A DNA stretch of 63,829 nucleotides, the filler included, from Collodictyon triciliatum (taxonomy: Eukaryota): assembly GCA_043381765.1 (NCBI GenBank). It is 5 parts of 5 records of this genome, joined end to end, with 100 filler letters (N's around TTAATTAATTAA, not from the genome) between each part and the next. Parts side by side here need not be neighbours in the genome. Positions count along the whole stretch, not along the records: positions 30,174 to 45,124 come from JBHJMP010001750.1; positions 45,225 to 60,169 come from JBHJMP010001751.1; 3 more parts are not named here. One strand, given 5' to 3'. Both the position numbers and the translations under genes were made by a program. Shown in pieces: positions 31,216 to 54,140 of this stretch (the first letter of the stretch is position 1; the number at the start of each line of letters is the position of its first letter). Below the pieces are notes generated by a model, which ran no database searches, was not told the origin of the DNA, and worked only from the letters and a program-made list of their open reading frames with translations.

Positions 31216-31585
31216 GTCATTGTCATTGTTATCTGACAGTAGCTGCAACAATTTTGAAACCAAATGATATCCCAGCAAAACATATGGCTTACTTTCGAAC
31301 AACGAACGAAGACTCCATCGGGTGCTTCTTCTAGAGGAGCTATTGGATGCACAACACTTCATAAGAAAAAGAAGAAAGGAAAAAGAAGAAAGGAAAAAGA
31401 AGAAAGGAAAAAGGAAAAAGGAAAAAAGAAAAAGGAAAAAAGGAAAAAGGAAAAGAATATCAAACTTACGGGACATTCGAGCGCGGAGAGAGGGCCTCCA
31501 ATTCAACACGGCTGATGGACATGCGTTCACCAGTAACAAGAACATCAGGAAAAGAGTCCGTTTCGGGCGCAGAAGCAGTGTACAT
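30290..31585 (-). CDS. CRIB/PBD (PAK/WASP-type GTPase-binding) domain protein; 3' structure uncertain
   Basis: Exons encode DIGSPFGVHHVVHIG (CRIB) and then GYPVDYNQSLAQYGISKEDALRDPEAFRAIL, which resembles the PAK autoinhibitory segment. Confidence 0.65.
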
Positions 31586-32543
31586 CAGACCTTGGTTCAA
31601 GCAGGACTGTCTTGGGCTGAAGCAACCAGTAATTTTGTCTCTTTTTTTCTCTTCTCTTCTCTTTTTCTTTCCCTTTCCCTTGTCTCCAGAAAGAAAGAAA
31701 AAAGACACCTGCCGCAAGAGAAAACAAATCCTCTAGTTAAAAGGCAACCATTTAAAAACGTAAGAGAAAAAAAAGAATAAAAGAAGCGTCAGAAAATCCT
31801 CGAAGCTGTCATATTAAGTTGATATACTCACAAGTAAACCAAATAATAGAAATAATAATAACACTAATAATGATAATAATACTAATTATACTAATTATGA
31901 TAACTGTAAAGAATCGAAGGGCTTCAATAAAAGAGGGAGGCCAATGGTTGAAACTACTGCGATCTGCCAACGATGCGCTGGCCAAACAAGAATCACGTTT
32001 CGTTCCAGAATAGTCCGACAAATACAGAGAAAATGCGACTATTCGGGTAAAAGCGCGCCGCTACTCTGTTTGTGATTGCACACGTCATCCGGGCATCAGA
32101 TTTGCAAGGAGCAATGGACTGACCAATCGCAGCCATGGTTTGATGCCCAATAGAGTGGCAGGAAACATGCATAGGATAAAGGAAGGAATATACTGGTTGT
32201 GTATGACAGAGAGGCCGCAACTCGCCGCACTGGCTCGGGATGACTCAACTCGCAAAGATATCTAGATATCTTAAAGGTATGTACAAGATGATTTGTTGTA
32301 TGTTCCTATGGTTTTTCTTAGTTTCCATTCGAGTTATTGAATGGGTTTGTGCTCTCCTCCTAAAAGGTTGATTCTATAGCAACGTTTCTTTCTAGCCTTT
32401 CATATAAACAGAATATCTCTTCATGCTATTCCCTCTCTTTTGATTCGTTGTTTTATTTCTTCGTCGGTCGTCCTTTCATTATCGACCCCAGCAATACCCG
32501 ATATACTTTTCACATGAGCAAGAGAGAAAAAAAAGGACATTGC

Positions 32544-34780
32544 TTAATTAAAATCGGCAACCCAAACTTCTTGCATCTGCGGCACAGAAACCATTTCCTG
32601 TGCGGGAGCCTGCTCGGCGTTGAAATCTTTGGGTGGCTTTGGTTGACCCGAAAGCTCCCAACGCTGGTCTATATATGCAATGGCTGCTGCTGCGTCTGGT
32701 CGGCTCTCTGGGTCCATAGCGAAAAGTGACACCAACCTATGAAATATAATGCGCTCAACATAAGAGTGTTGTTTGAAATATCTATCATATCTGTATAAAT
32801 CCAGATATGCAGCTTGTGTAAGTAGAAATCACGGTACTAAAATGGCGCTAAAATATCAAGGGTGTGTATTTTTTTTTCCAGAGATTATGCACAAATTTAA
32901 AATCGTACAAATCTGTAAAAGCTGCAGAGTAAGTATTCTTCGACGGGATAGCGACGTTGCCAGACATGGTGGCCAAAGTGCTCTCAAATGGCAGCTTTTT
33001 GTATGCGATTTGATACATCGTTACACCTTCGGTGTTTGTGGGCCAGGACATATATCAAAGTTGAAATTGGTCGGAATTCACCATGAATATAATAGGAACT
33101 AGTACTAGTCTAAATGACATTCACTAAAAATAATTTTGCATTTTGTAATGTTTGAAAGCATTTTGAATAAATAGGTACCAAGTGCCCAAATATCAACTTT
33201 TCGTGATATCCGCGCCCCGACTTTGATTGCAACTTGCTCAGGAGCCCTATATGCAGGTGTGGTATATCTCTCCAGCTGTAAAAAAAAAAGTAAGGAAAAT
33301 ACTACTACAATATGTTTTGTTTTTTTTTTTTAATCAGATGAGAACCAACATGCCTCAAAAAAAATAACATGAAATATAGGCATTTATGAAGAGTGATAAT
33401 AAACTGAGTCGATTCAATTATTTTGCACAAGAAAAAACAGCACATTTCAATAATATTGACCTCTTCTAATGCAAGATCAATTTCTTTTTTGCTTTGAAAA
33501 GGAACTTCTTGCTCTTCGATTGCACTTCCAAAGTCTAAGAGCGTCCAGATAGGTTGTTGCTGGTCAAGGTCGAGTGCAATATTTTCTGGCTAAGTAGTTT
33601 TTTTTTTTAAAAAAAAAAAAGGAGAGGTTGATAGTTACACTAATCTATTCTTTTTGAAAGTAATGTTAATTTTATCGGACTAGAAAGCATGCATACCTTG
33701 ATATCTCTGTGGACAACTGCAGGCCTGAGGTTATGAATGTTTTGAAGTCCTTGACAAACTTGCCGGATGATAGGAATGAATCTATCCTCTGTCATTATAA
33801 AGTCCTGGCTATATTTTGGGGGAAGTTTTGGTATAAAAATCAAGTGTAGAATATAGAATTTCTTGCTTGCTTGCTTGCTTTTATTCATATCATGCTACCT
33901 ATTTACAAGGTCAACGAGGGTGCCTCCGCGATAGAGCTTCATCATAATGTATATCCTAAGGTTTTCTGTTTTCGATGCTATAATGAAAATAATAATAAAT
34001 ACATGAATCCAGTATAAGAGCGACGATGCGCACTGAATTTAAACAACAACATAGAATGTCTTGGATACGTCAATTTCAAGGGACAGTTCGCGAGGAGTCA
34101 TATAAATAAGCTCTGCAAGTAAAAGACAACATCAGGCGTAATAGAGTGATTCCATTTCTTTTGTTTCGAATAACTACATTTGTCTGAGTAGTCTCTGTGG
34201 ATTTGAGTCACATGCGGAATCCCCGAGATCTTTTTCAAGATCACAACTTCGCGCTCAGCCTCGTGCAAGCGCTCTGGAGGGGCAACAACAATCTTCAGGG
34301 CGAAGTGGGACTTATTCTGGTCTTTGACACGCATCACTTTGGCAAACGCGCCCTCGCCTAGCATTTACAATTCACATTAGTGTACTTTTAAATTCATCGG
34401 TCCAACGTCATGGATACTTTGATATTATGTCAGGAGTCAATGTCCATGTCGAGGGGTGGGAAAAGGTATAATGGCATGTGGGCTCTTTATCCTCTGATTT
34501 ACTTATTTATCGATATCTATTTGCGATGATGAAAAAAAAAAAACAATCGTGGCCATCATAGAATAGAATCAGACATGGCGTGCAAAGTCAAAATAAAGCA
34601 TTCTTGGGAAACGGAATCATTATTGCAAATATATGTTTAAGATAAAATGACAGAAAGTGATATGTGTTTGTTTGATTGCAAATGCATATAGTTTGCTTCT
34701 CAGCAGCACGTACCCAACAACTCGAGGATTTTGTACCTCGACCCGTCAGGCAGCTGCTTCTTTGACTGGCGTGAACCCAT
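32544..34780 (-). CDS. NAK-family Ser/Thr kinase, STK16/MPSK1-like, with an N-myristoylation motif; last exon uncertain
   Basis: MGSRQSK start, then LGEGAFAKV, FALKIV, EAEREV, VVHRDIKPEN, LLDFGSA, the NAK-type insert (..LERYTTPAYRAPE), VDIWALG and DPESRP. Confidence 0.85.
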
Positions 34781-35919
34781 CAGTTGCCTCGGATGTGCCG
34801 TCTTTCTCCCTGCTCTACTTTTTTTAAGTACCAGTGAGCTTTTGTTAAGGAGAAGCAAAAAGAAGAAGAAGAAAAAGCCAGACTCGAAAAAAATCTTCAT
34901 CAGGACCACCAACACTTTACTCTGTTCTGACCTCCTTCGACTCATTGGCGGCTGACTCAACCATCGCAGCCTTGAATCAGGGCTTCGGGTGCGGTTGCTT
35001 CGTCAGATGCAAAAATGACTTGGAACATTTCTGGTTTGACATGCTATAAATGCTTAATCAGTTGTGGAATTTATAGAAGTTGAATGATATCTCGCATGTG
35101 GCTCTCAATGCGCCCATGGAGACTCATTCCTGCACATCATTTCTCATCACTGTGTTGTTTTCAACTTAAAGTTTCGGAAGAAAGGGGTTGGACACGCAGC
35201 TGGCAAATAATCCGCTGACGATGCAGAATACACGAGTGAGGCACAGGGCAACTCAAAACTTTTTTTCCCTCCCATATCTTTGTAAATTGTTTGGTATAAG
35301 TCTTTGTTTATTTGTGCTTATTGATTAAGAGAATGAAGGAAGGGAGGAGCATAATGAAAAATGGGCCCAAGAGCGTGTGGAACTCATATTGCTGGAGCTG
35401 CGCCCTTTCTCTTCTAATTGGCTTTTCTTTTTCTTTTGATTGCTCACTTTTTGTTTTTTGTTTTTTGTTTTTTTTTTGTTAAAAAAAAAAATAGAAATTC
35501 AAGACAAGACAATAGGTGCAACATCGACCCCCCAGCAATAGATTCACGCTGATTGACCGAAGAAAAAGAAATTGAGTGAGCGCGATAAAAAAAAAAAAGA
35601 GAGAGCAAGCTCAAGAGATGAACGGATTTCTTATGGGTCGCTCGTTCGGTTTGTGTATCTCAGAGACAAAGACTGCAGGTAACGTTGAGAGACGAGGAAA
35701 GGGGGAAGATGGAAATTCATGATGAGCACATTAAGCAGGCATCCAAATGTCAGCGCAGTTTATTTAAAGCGACTTGCGTCTCCTGTCATTGTAATTGGTG
35801 GTGAGTTGGATAAGAATAAGCATTCTTCCATAAGCCGCCATGTTTGCAACTCACAAGCAGCCGATCGAATAAAAAAAAAATAATTAATAGTCAAGAGAAG
35901 AGAATATGTCGCTTATAAC

Positions 35920-38903
<2,984 letters not shown>

Positions 38904-39043
38904 TTTGTCTCGAGGATCTGGGAGAAGAAAAAAAGCGATTTTATCTTTGTTCTTGCGTTTGTAGTTCATTTCCTGTGCTCTTCTCCTTCCATATTTCTTG
39001 CTGTGTTTGTTTCTGTTGTGTATCGCCAAAGAGTCGAGCGCGC

Positions 39044-39114
<71 letters not shown>

Positions 39115-39273
39115 CTTTCAGCAAAGTTCGTATTGGTAAAGCTTTCGGAGTGGAAATAACAATGCCTTGAGTGTGTGAGAGCTTAGAGTGCGACCTTTCT
39201 CAGAACCAGAGAAAATGGCGGTGGGTTTTTACCTTCGACTGGATTTCTTCAACTTCCTTTCGTGTTTTTTCTT

Positions 39274-39328
<55 letters not shown>

Positions 39329-39504
39329 TCTTTATTTTTTTTTGTCTTTTTTTTTGTTTTTTTTTCTGATCCTTTTTTGATTCATCTGATCCACTCTCAT
39401 TCTCGAGGACATGTTTGATGTCAAGGGCGGAGGATGCCATCGGCAGAATCTGTCTTTCGTCTTCCACCTTTTTTTTCTTTTTATTCTTTCTTACACGCAT
39501 CTCT

Positions 39505-42500
39505 TCAATCATCGGAATATTGATTGGCATATGAGTCGGACATGGTGAGGAGGCAATTCTCCAACTCCCGGAACTCTTCAGAGTTCATTTGGTATGTGGT
39601 TTGGAGGTGTCTGTGGAACGGATTTGTAGCAGCGTCTTTGAGGGCTTCTGCGTGAGAGTCAATCAGCTTTTGTAAATCATCCGAAGTGCGCAAGTATGTC
39701 ATCACGGATGACCCGCTCCTGTCATTTTCGATGATTAACTCATCAATTATTTTTTAACAAAAAAAAAAAAGAAGGAAGGAGGGCACCAAGCTACGTTCGT
39801 ATCACCTGTAATTCTTTTTAAATATAACGGAGCAAGTTGGTTTGCTTCATTAAAAATAATATTTTTGCTTTTCTTTTACCTCCCTTGGAATTCGTGGGTA
39901 TTGGGGTACGAAGATGGAATACAGAAGGGTAGTTTTGTGATGTGTCTATAATTCAAAGTATTTTTGTGGATTTTAGACTGATGGAAAGAGAAAGAAGGAC
40001 ACGTGCTTATATCGTTAACATTTATATGGGAGTTAACCTCGAAAATCTATGCGAGCGGGACTTTGTTCTTTGCATATCAATTTTTTCCATTAATTTCACT
40101 TTCTCTTGTGACGAAATATCATATCCACGAATATGAATCGACTCTGAAAATACTTGAGTCTAATGTAATGAAAGATGATTCCTAGGAGAATTTATGAGAG
40201 AAAAATATCATCGTTTGGATTCGGATAAAAGTATTGAAATGAACTTGAAAAAAAAAAGTATTTTACGGATTCATTTGCGACGCTTGTGTATTGGTCCAAA
40301 TAATTCGCACAGGAGAAAGATTTAGTCGTATCCATCATGTCGCAGAGTTGGTGTATACTTGTATCTGGAAGATTGTAGCCAATCGAAGAGGACACCATTT
40401 TGTTGGAGGGGCGGAATACTATTTGCTGCAGAAAATCACTCATAGCTTGCGGCCTCTCTGTTTTTCTATATCATAGGGAAGGATAGAGAAATAAATAGAA
40501 GCTAATTTGGATGTTTGACGTCCCTTTCATCCGTTAGTCCCCCCCCCCCCTGCTTTGTAACTTTGTGTCTAGTTGAAAAAATAAATGAAAGGTTTAAATC
40601 GTAGTGAATACCTGTATGTGGTCGATGAAGAATCTATCAATCCAGCCAAGTAAGCACTTGTTTGATAGTAATTCAGAGGCTGTAGAGGAAAGGCTTAATT
40701 TATTTTAAAATAAAGCTTTTAAAAAATCACCCCATATAATGGCTACAGAATAAGTTGAATTTTTTGATGAGAAAAAGGATATACATCGAGCCCGGCAGGT
40801 ATATCACGATACCCAAATCCAATAGGCAGGTATATAGACCCATACTCAGACATGTAGTATGAAGACAGAGCTTCATTCAGTGTCTTCTTCAGTGGACCCC
40901 ACTGGTCCATTGTATTCAGATTAAACGCTGTGAGTTTTATAAACAGAGTCCGTGTCAATTCATAACTATGTCACCTGATTGAGGGTGTCTTCTTCAAAAT
41001 GGCGGACAGGTGAGGTTCCGTAAATAGCTATAGGAATAACTGGATAGTCGTCTCTGAGAAACTCGAGGACCTTTTGGCAGAACCCACCAAACCCTGTATC
41101 TTGGGTACAAAAAATCTGTGCATGTTTCACAGGAAACAGTGTTCATTAATTGGCATGTAGGGGATTGAATAATATAAAGGCACTAAATTATGAAGATACA
41201 GCTTGCTGTCGCGTATTGTTATGATTATGAGATTCAGATATAAGAAAATCAAGAGCTGACTTGCCTGTATCCCTTGCAAGGAGTCGCATTCTTCAGTGAA
41301 GAATCTTATTTGGTCAATGTTATCTTCATACTATGATTTTGAAATATTATTTACTTCTAAAAAAAAATTCGACATTTTCAAGCCATCAACGAATCCAGAC
41401 ATTTTTACTTTTCGATAGGCCAAACAAAATTTAATATTTACTCTCTCTTCTGTTTTAAAAGCGTCATATCCTTCAGTATAAACATCAAATGCATCGATTC
41501 CGCTTTTGAATCCGTTGAGTCCACAAAAAGAACGGGGATGGTACTCTTGCTTCAAAAAGTCAGTCCATGTGGTCACAATAGACTCCAAGTGGTAATCTTT
41601 TCTCATCTCCGACGGAAATGGAGCATTGTAGCTCTACAGCAGATAGAAAACCAGGAAGGGATTAAAAGTGTAATGTGTGTACTAATTTTCGATATATTTG
41701 ACCGTAAAGTGCAAGAGAACAAATTCTCTCTTTTTTTTTTTTTGGTAACCTCTAATACAAATAGACCATACCATGGAAAAGCTCGATGATATTACAAATT
41801 ATTTTTTGAGAATAACAACCTGCTTTCTTAATTCTAGAACTTGTTTCATATATTCGTTCTGGGAATGTCCGTCTGTTTTGAATGACGTGGCTTCGCTGGT
41901 CCTATTCAAGAGAAAACTTCATGCATCGATATATTTGATTCTGGTGGAAAACAGATTGCTAAAATTAAATATAAATTCGAGTAGTGTAAATGACCTACCA
42001 AGCTGACGAAGCCCTAGCTTCTTCTATGTCATCGTCTGTAACAACAGAGCCGTATCCTCCTATTTATTCGACAGGTAAGGGGATTTAGTATCAGTGTTCT
42101 TTTTAACTACAGGAAGGTACAAAGGAGAGGCCAAAAAAATCAAAAGCTTTCTTTATTTTAAGGATAAATAAAAAAATATTTGTTGAATTGATACTACGAC
42201 AGAATTAAAAGCCAAAATGGTACGAAAGAAAAAAGAGAGATAGCATAAAACAATGAGTGATCATAAAGATAGAAAGAGCAAATTAAACCCTTCAACTCAA
42301 ATGCAACAGTTCTTGGAACGTAGTATTGGTGGCCCTACAATTTGTTTTCATACAAAAATATAATCAAAAGAATGAGGACATATGTTTGAAAAATTATTAA
42401 AGAATGAACATATTAGATTCATAGAAGTAAGAATTCCTTTTTAAGCACGAGATGAATCTCAACAACACCTGAAAATCTAGCGTGTTTCTGAAAAGGACAT

Positions 42501-42884
42501 CATGATTCAACTCAGTGGATCCATCAGGGTTCATGTAAACGCATGATTCATCCTATTGATGATTCATCGGAAGGGTAAGTCAAAAAAAAAAAGAAGGCCA
42601 GGTTGCACCTGTAAAAGTGATCGCCAACAAAGATTCCTTCTCGCATATACACACGCACAAATGGGGGAACTGTTTCAGTTATGCAGAAGGTTCTTGTTTG
42701 CATTAGTAATATAGGTAACAAAAAAAATTGATATGACAAGGATATCAAAAAATGCTTAATAAGATAAAGATTAGTGCCAGAGTCTATATATGAAAGAGTA
42801 TGCTACCTGTACATTCCAGTAATGCGAACCAACGTGGTTTGCAAAAGATCCAAATTGAAGCGTGACAACTTCTCGTGAAGCCAT
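39505..42884 (-). CDS. MSTO1: Misato/DML1 (tubulin-like) protein
   Basis: MASREVVTLQFGSFANHVGSHYWNVQ, HDVLFR, YVPRTVAFELKG, WTDFLKQEYHPRS, RFFTEECDSLQG, GFGG and YQTSAYLAGLID. Confidence 0.9.
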
Positions 42885-43057
42885 CTGCGTTTGACCATAG
42901 AACATTAAGATTATTAGACTTTGGCTCTTAATACCACCAGGCTGGGGTCAACCTTCAAAGAAAGGTCAGGATTTAGGGACGACTGTAGGAAGGAAATAGG
43001 ACAGGAGGAAAGTAAAGAGCAGTATAACTCGATCTTGTAGGTGCTTTGTGTCTTTTA

Positions 43058-43139
43058 TGTCTTTGGTGTTCATTGTGTCTTTGGTGTCTTTGGTGTCTTT
43101 GGTGTCTTTGGTGTCTTTGGTGTCTTTGGTGTCTTTGGT
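43058..43139. repeat. (GTCTTTGGT)n 9-bp repeat between Misato and COA6
   Basis: Read directly from the sequence. Confidence 0.9.
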
Positions 43140-43410
43140 ATTTAATGTCTTCCTTGTTATTCTTTTGTTTTTGTACAGATCAACAATCAGAAACACAAAC
43201 ACAAGCACAAAATCCTGAAGTCATAAGGCCAAAAAGCCAATGTTCTCAACGCGCTGAACTCGGACGACAGAGTCTCGCAAACATAGTCACGATCCCTCCC
43301 TTCTTTTTTTTTTTTTTTTTTTTTTACTTGCTGCGCACATGCTTCCTGTCTATTTACACAGAGACACTTGATCCTCGTGACATCGCAGTTGTCTTTTGGG
43401 CGAGTTCAAA

Positions 43411-44131
43411 ATGAGCCAGGCTCAGGTTCAGGCGCACACGCAAACTCCCAACAAGAGCCAGCGAGACGCATGCTGGGACGTCAGAGACGCTTTTCTTGCC
43501 TGCTATGATCGCTGCGATGCGCAGCTTCCGCCCTCATCGGTGGGCGAACGAGAGCGGCAAAAGAAAGTTGACGAGCTGGTTCAGAGCCAGTGTGTGCAGT
43601 TCCGCGAAGCCTTTGAGGCCCAGTGTCCTGCTTCGTGGGTAATTGACAATACAAACCATACATGTTCTGATTTTTGCTGCCTGGTGATGATGAAGGGATT
43701 TTTAATATGGTATTGGTGTTGGAGCCAGATATTTGATTTGGTTCACGTTTTCTTCTCTTTTTTGCACCCGAGATAACTTGACAACATGAAGATATCGCTG
43801 AGAATCTTCTGAGTGATGATTCATCATATGATTTATCCTTTTAAAAAAAATATCCGATGCTGCCGTCTTTTATGAATGAATTATGAAAATAGTAATACGT
43901 CGTTTTAATCATTGTTCCAACAAACGCAGTACCAAATAATCCACCTCGATAACACTTTGTGTTTTGTTAAAAAATAATGATAGTAATAATGGCAATAATA
44001 ATATTCATTATCCACAGGTAAAGCACTTCATCCAGAACCATAAGCAGACAAGAAAAATGGAGCGCTTTCAAAAGATGGTGGACGAGCAGAATGCAAAGAT
44101 TGCGGCTGATGCTGGGCTAAAAAGTAAATAA
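43411..44131 (+). CDS. COA6: Cytochrome c oxidase assembly factor 6 / COX6B-family Cys-motif protein (exons 43411-43638, 44018-44131)
   Basis: PNKSQRDACWDVRDAFLACYD...CVQFREAFEAQCPASW|VKHF, with one GT-AG intron and a stop at 44129-44131. Confidence 0.8.
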
Positions 44132-45124
44132 CATTGAGTGTGGCTCTGAATAAAATTGAAAAGAAAAAGTAAATGCCCAAAGAAGGCTGACGACTGATAT
44201 AAGCCGAGACATCATATGTCTAGTAAGGTTAAGCGCCGGTAATTCTTTGTAGGTATCTGAACAGAAAGACCTCATGATTTCGTTTCCCTTTGACTACTTC
44301 CAAGTTGCTCTGTCACCTCCAGTACTATATCCTACAAAACTGGTGTTCTGGCTGCCGAAACCATGATTTGTAAAGAGCGTTAGTCTTACATGATTATTAG
44401 TGTGTGAATCACATATTGCATTAATTTTTCGCATCGAAATCTTCTTTGTTAAGGGACTGACGATAGTATAAATTATATTCCAGATAAATATAAAGCAATT
44501 TCTTTATTTGGAAATTGTGGAATGCTGTTTTAAAACAAGGCAAAAATATCTTTCCAAATACGGACACGGCTGTTAGGAAAAAAAGGTTTGGGTTGAGGCG
44601 ACCAAAGGCGGGACGAACCGAAGGAACAAACACGGGTTGGGTGCGTGGGGTAGGGCAGCAAAAGGGTTGCGCACAAGCAGAAGGCGCCCGGGCTGGTTGG
44701 CACAGAGATGAATTATCAGGTAAGCCATAAACATGTAAAAGAAAAAGAAAAAAAAAGACTTTCAGGTAGGACCAGAACTGGTGCGTGTGGTCGAGGAGCC
44801 AGCGGTATATTTATCAGTTACGGCGAAGGGTATGAAAGAAGCGCATGGTGGAATACAAAAGGATCAGTCGCTCATAGCATATTGACGAGGAATTCGGCCA
44901 GCAAACCATAGATGCACCTATCTTCTGTCACTGAAGGAATTGAAAAAATAAAACAGAAAGGGAAAAGCAGGAGGAAAAGAGGCCATGAGCAGCAAGCAAA
45001 AACATATTCTAGATGCTTTTGTGGGCTACGAAACTGGTTAAGATGAATCCTTGCACATTCTTCATCAACAGATAAAAGATTTTGTTAATCGATGAACAAA
45101 AAAAAAAAAAAAAAAAAAAAAAAA

Positions 45125-45224
45125 NNNNNNNNNNNNNNNNNNNNNNNNNNNNNNNNNNNNNNNNNNNNTTAATTAATTAANNNNNNNNNNNNNNNNNNNN
45201 NNNNNNNNNNNNNNNNNNNNNNNN
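45125..45224. other. Artificial 100-nt contig spacer
   Basis: Same N44-TTAATTAATTAA-N44 structure. Confidence 0.95.
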
Positions 45225-45330
45225 ACAAAGAACAAAGAACAAAGAACAAAGAACAAAGAACAAAGAACAAAGAACAAAGAACAAAGAACAAAGAACAAAG
45301 AACAAAGAACAAAGAACAAAGAACAAAGAG
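45225..45330. repeat. (ACAAAGA)n 7-bp repeat
   Basis: Read directly from the sequence. Confidence 0.95.
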
Positions 45331-45347
45331 CAAAAGCAACGGAGGAC

Positions 45348-52896
<7,549 letters not shown>

Positions 52897-53107
52897 GATG
52901 CACTGTTTTATGCTTTCCTTCCACTGTGTCACAAAAAGTTGTTTTTTTTAAAAAAAAAAAATAATAAACAGTTAGATAAAAGATGACTTATGTTCACATT
53001 TTGTAAGTTAGGGACGAGGCTTATATGCGACTCGTTTCTTGTGATCAAAAGTAAAAGTCTGATGGGCTCCAAATGAGTTAACCGCACGGTTTATGAACAC
53101 CTCGGAT

Positions 53108-53222
53108 ACAAACAAACAAACAATAAAAGAAACAAACAAACAATAAAAGAAACAAACAAACAATAAAAGAAACAAACAAACAATAAAAGAAACAAACAAA
53201 CAATAAAAGAAACAAACAAACA
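53108..53222. repeat. 20-bp tandem repeat (CAATAAAAGAAACAAACAAA) x5; (TTTG)n nearby at 53834-53950
   Basis: Read directly from the sequence. Confidence 0.95.
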
Positions 53223-54140
53223 AAAATATTAAACAAAAACAAATAAAGGCTGTGATCGACCAAACTGAAACAAGACACTTGGTCGCCAGTTACGTCAGAT
53301 TCCAGCACGATTGTTGATAGTGCCAGATCTTTTGTTGCATCATTCTATTTTACAGGTGGCTTGAAAATAGTAACAACGCTGCATATTATCCTTTATTCAT
53401 TCGCTTGTTTGTTCATTTATTTCGTCTCGTGAGGGTGTTTCTTGTGCCTCTTTCGCATCAAAATCAGATTCAAACTCCAACTTTGACTGTATTTTTCGTG
53501 ACTTTGTTTTTGCGTGGTGCTTGTGATTCCAGAGATATTTTGGCTTCGATGCGTTTTCTAAGAATATGAATAATTTTGGATAATTTTTTGTATTATATAT
53601 TATTAATGTGGGTTGATTTTTACTGCTATATAAAGTAATAAATCGAATAAATTGCGTCCGTATTATTTGCTACTTTATACATGTATGGAATTAAGCGGAT
53701 AGGGTAAATCACGCCTTTGATATCCATCTATTTTCCATTTGTTTTTTTTGCACCTTCTAGCAAAAGGCTGACCTGTCACCACCATAGCAGCTGGGTGAGT
53801 GGTGCTCTGCTGAAGGGCTTTTATAAGAAGTGCCTAATTAAATCAAGGTTTTCTGTTTGTTTGTTTGTTTGTTTGTTTGTTTGTTTGTTTGTTTGTTTGT
53901 TTGTTTGTTTGTTTGTTTGTTTGTTTGTTTGTTTGTTTGTTTGTTTGTTTTTCTTTATTTCAGTTTTTTGAGTTGAATTTAGCTTGTTTAATTCCACTCT
54001 GTGATTCCAACTTGGTCAAGGTATCAAAATATATAGAGCGGGGTATAAACACTCTGAGAGACGAGGAGTGGGTGCGGCAGCGACTTTGATCGGATTGACT
54101 CTTTAGTGAACATATTGGTCACTTGGGCTTCATGAGTAAA

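Noticed and set aside
30290-34780. NAK kinase-CRIB fusion as a single gene
   Set aside because: The intervening 31600-32400 region has stops and looks like promoter/UTR, and the CRIB gene has its own plausible ATG.
40680-40785. Perfect ATATCCTT in a Misato intron
   Set aside because: A GT donor two bases upstream and a CAG acceptor give the in-frame product; the AT-AC join would shift the frame.
44240-45124. Possible 3' exons of USP7
   Set aside because: They lie on a different contig beyond the spacer, and I recognised no USP7 C-terminal motif or other product.
53108-53222. CRISPR-like array (also 10431-10648 and 12787-12834)
   Set aside because: These are head-to-tail tandem repeats with no unique spacers and no cas genes.
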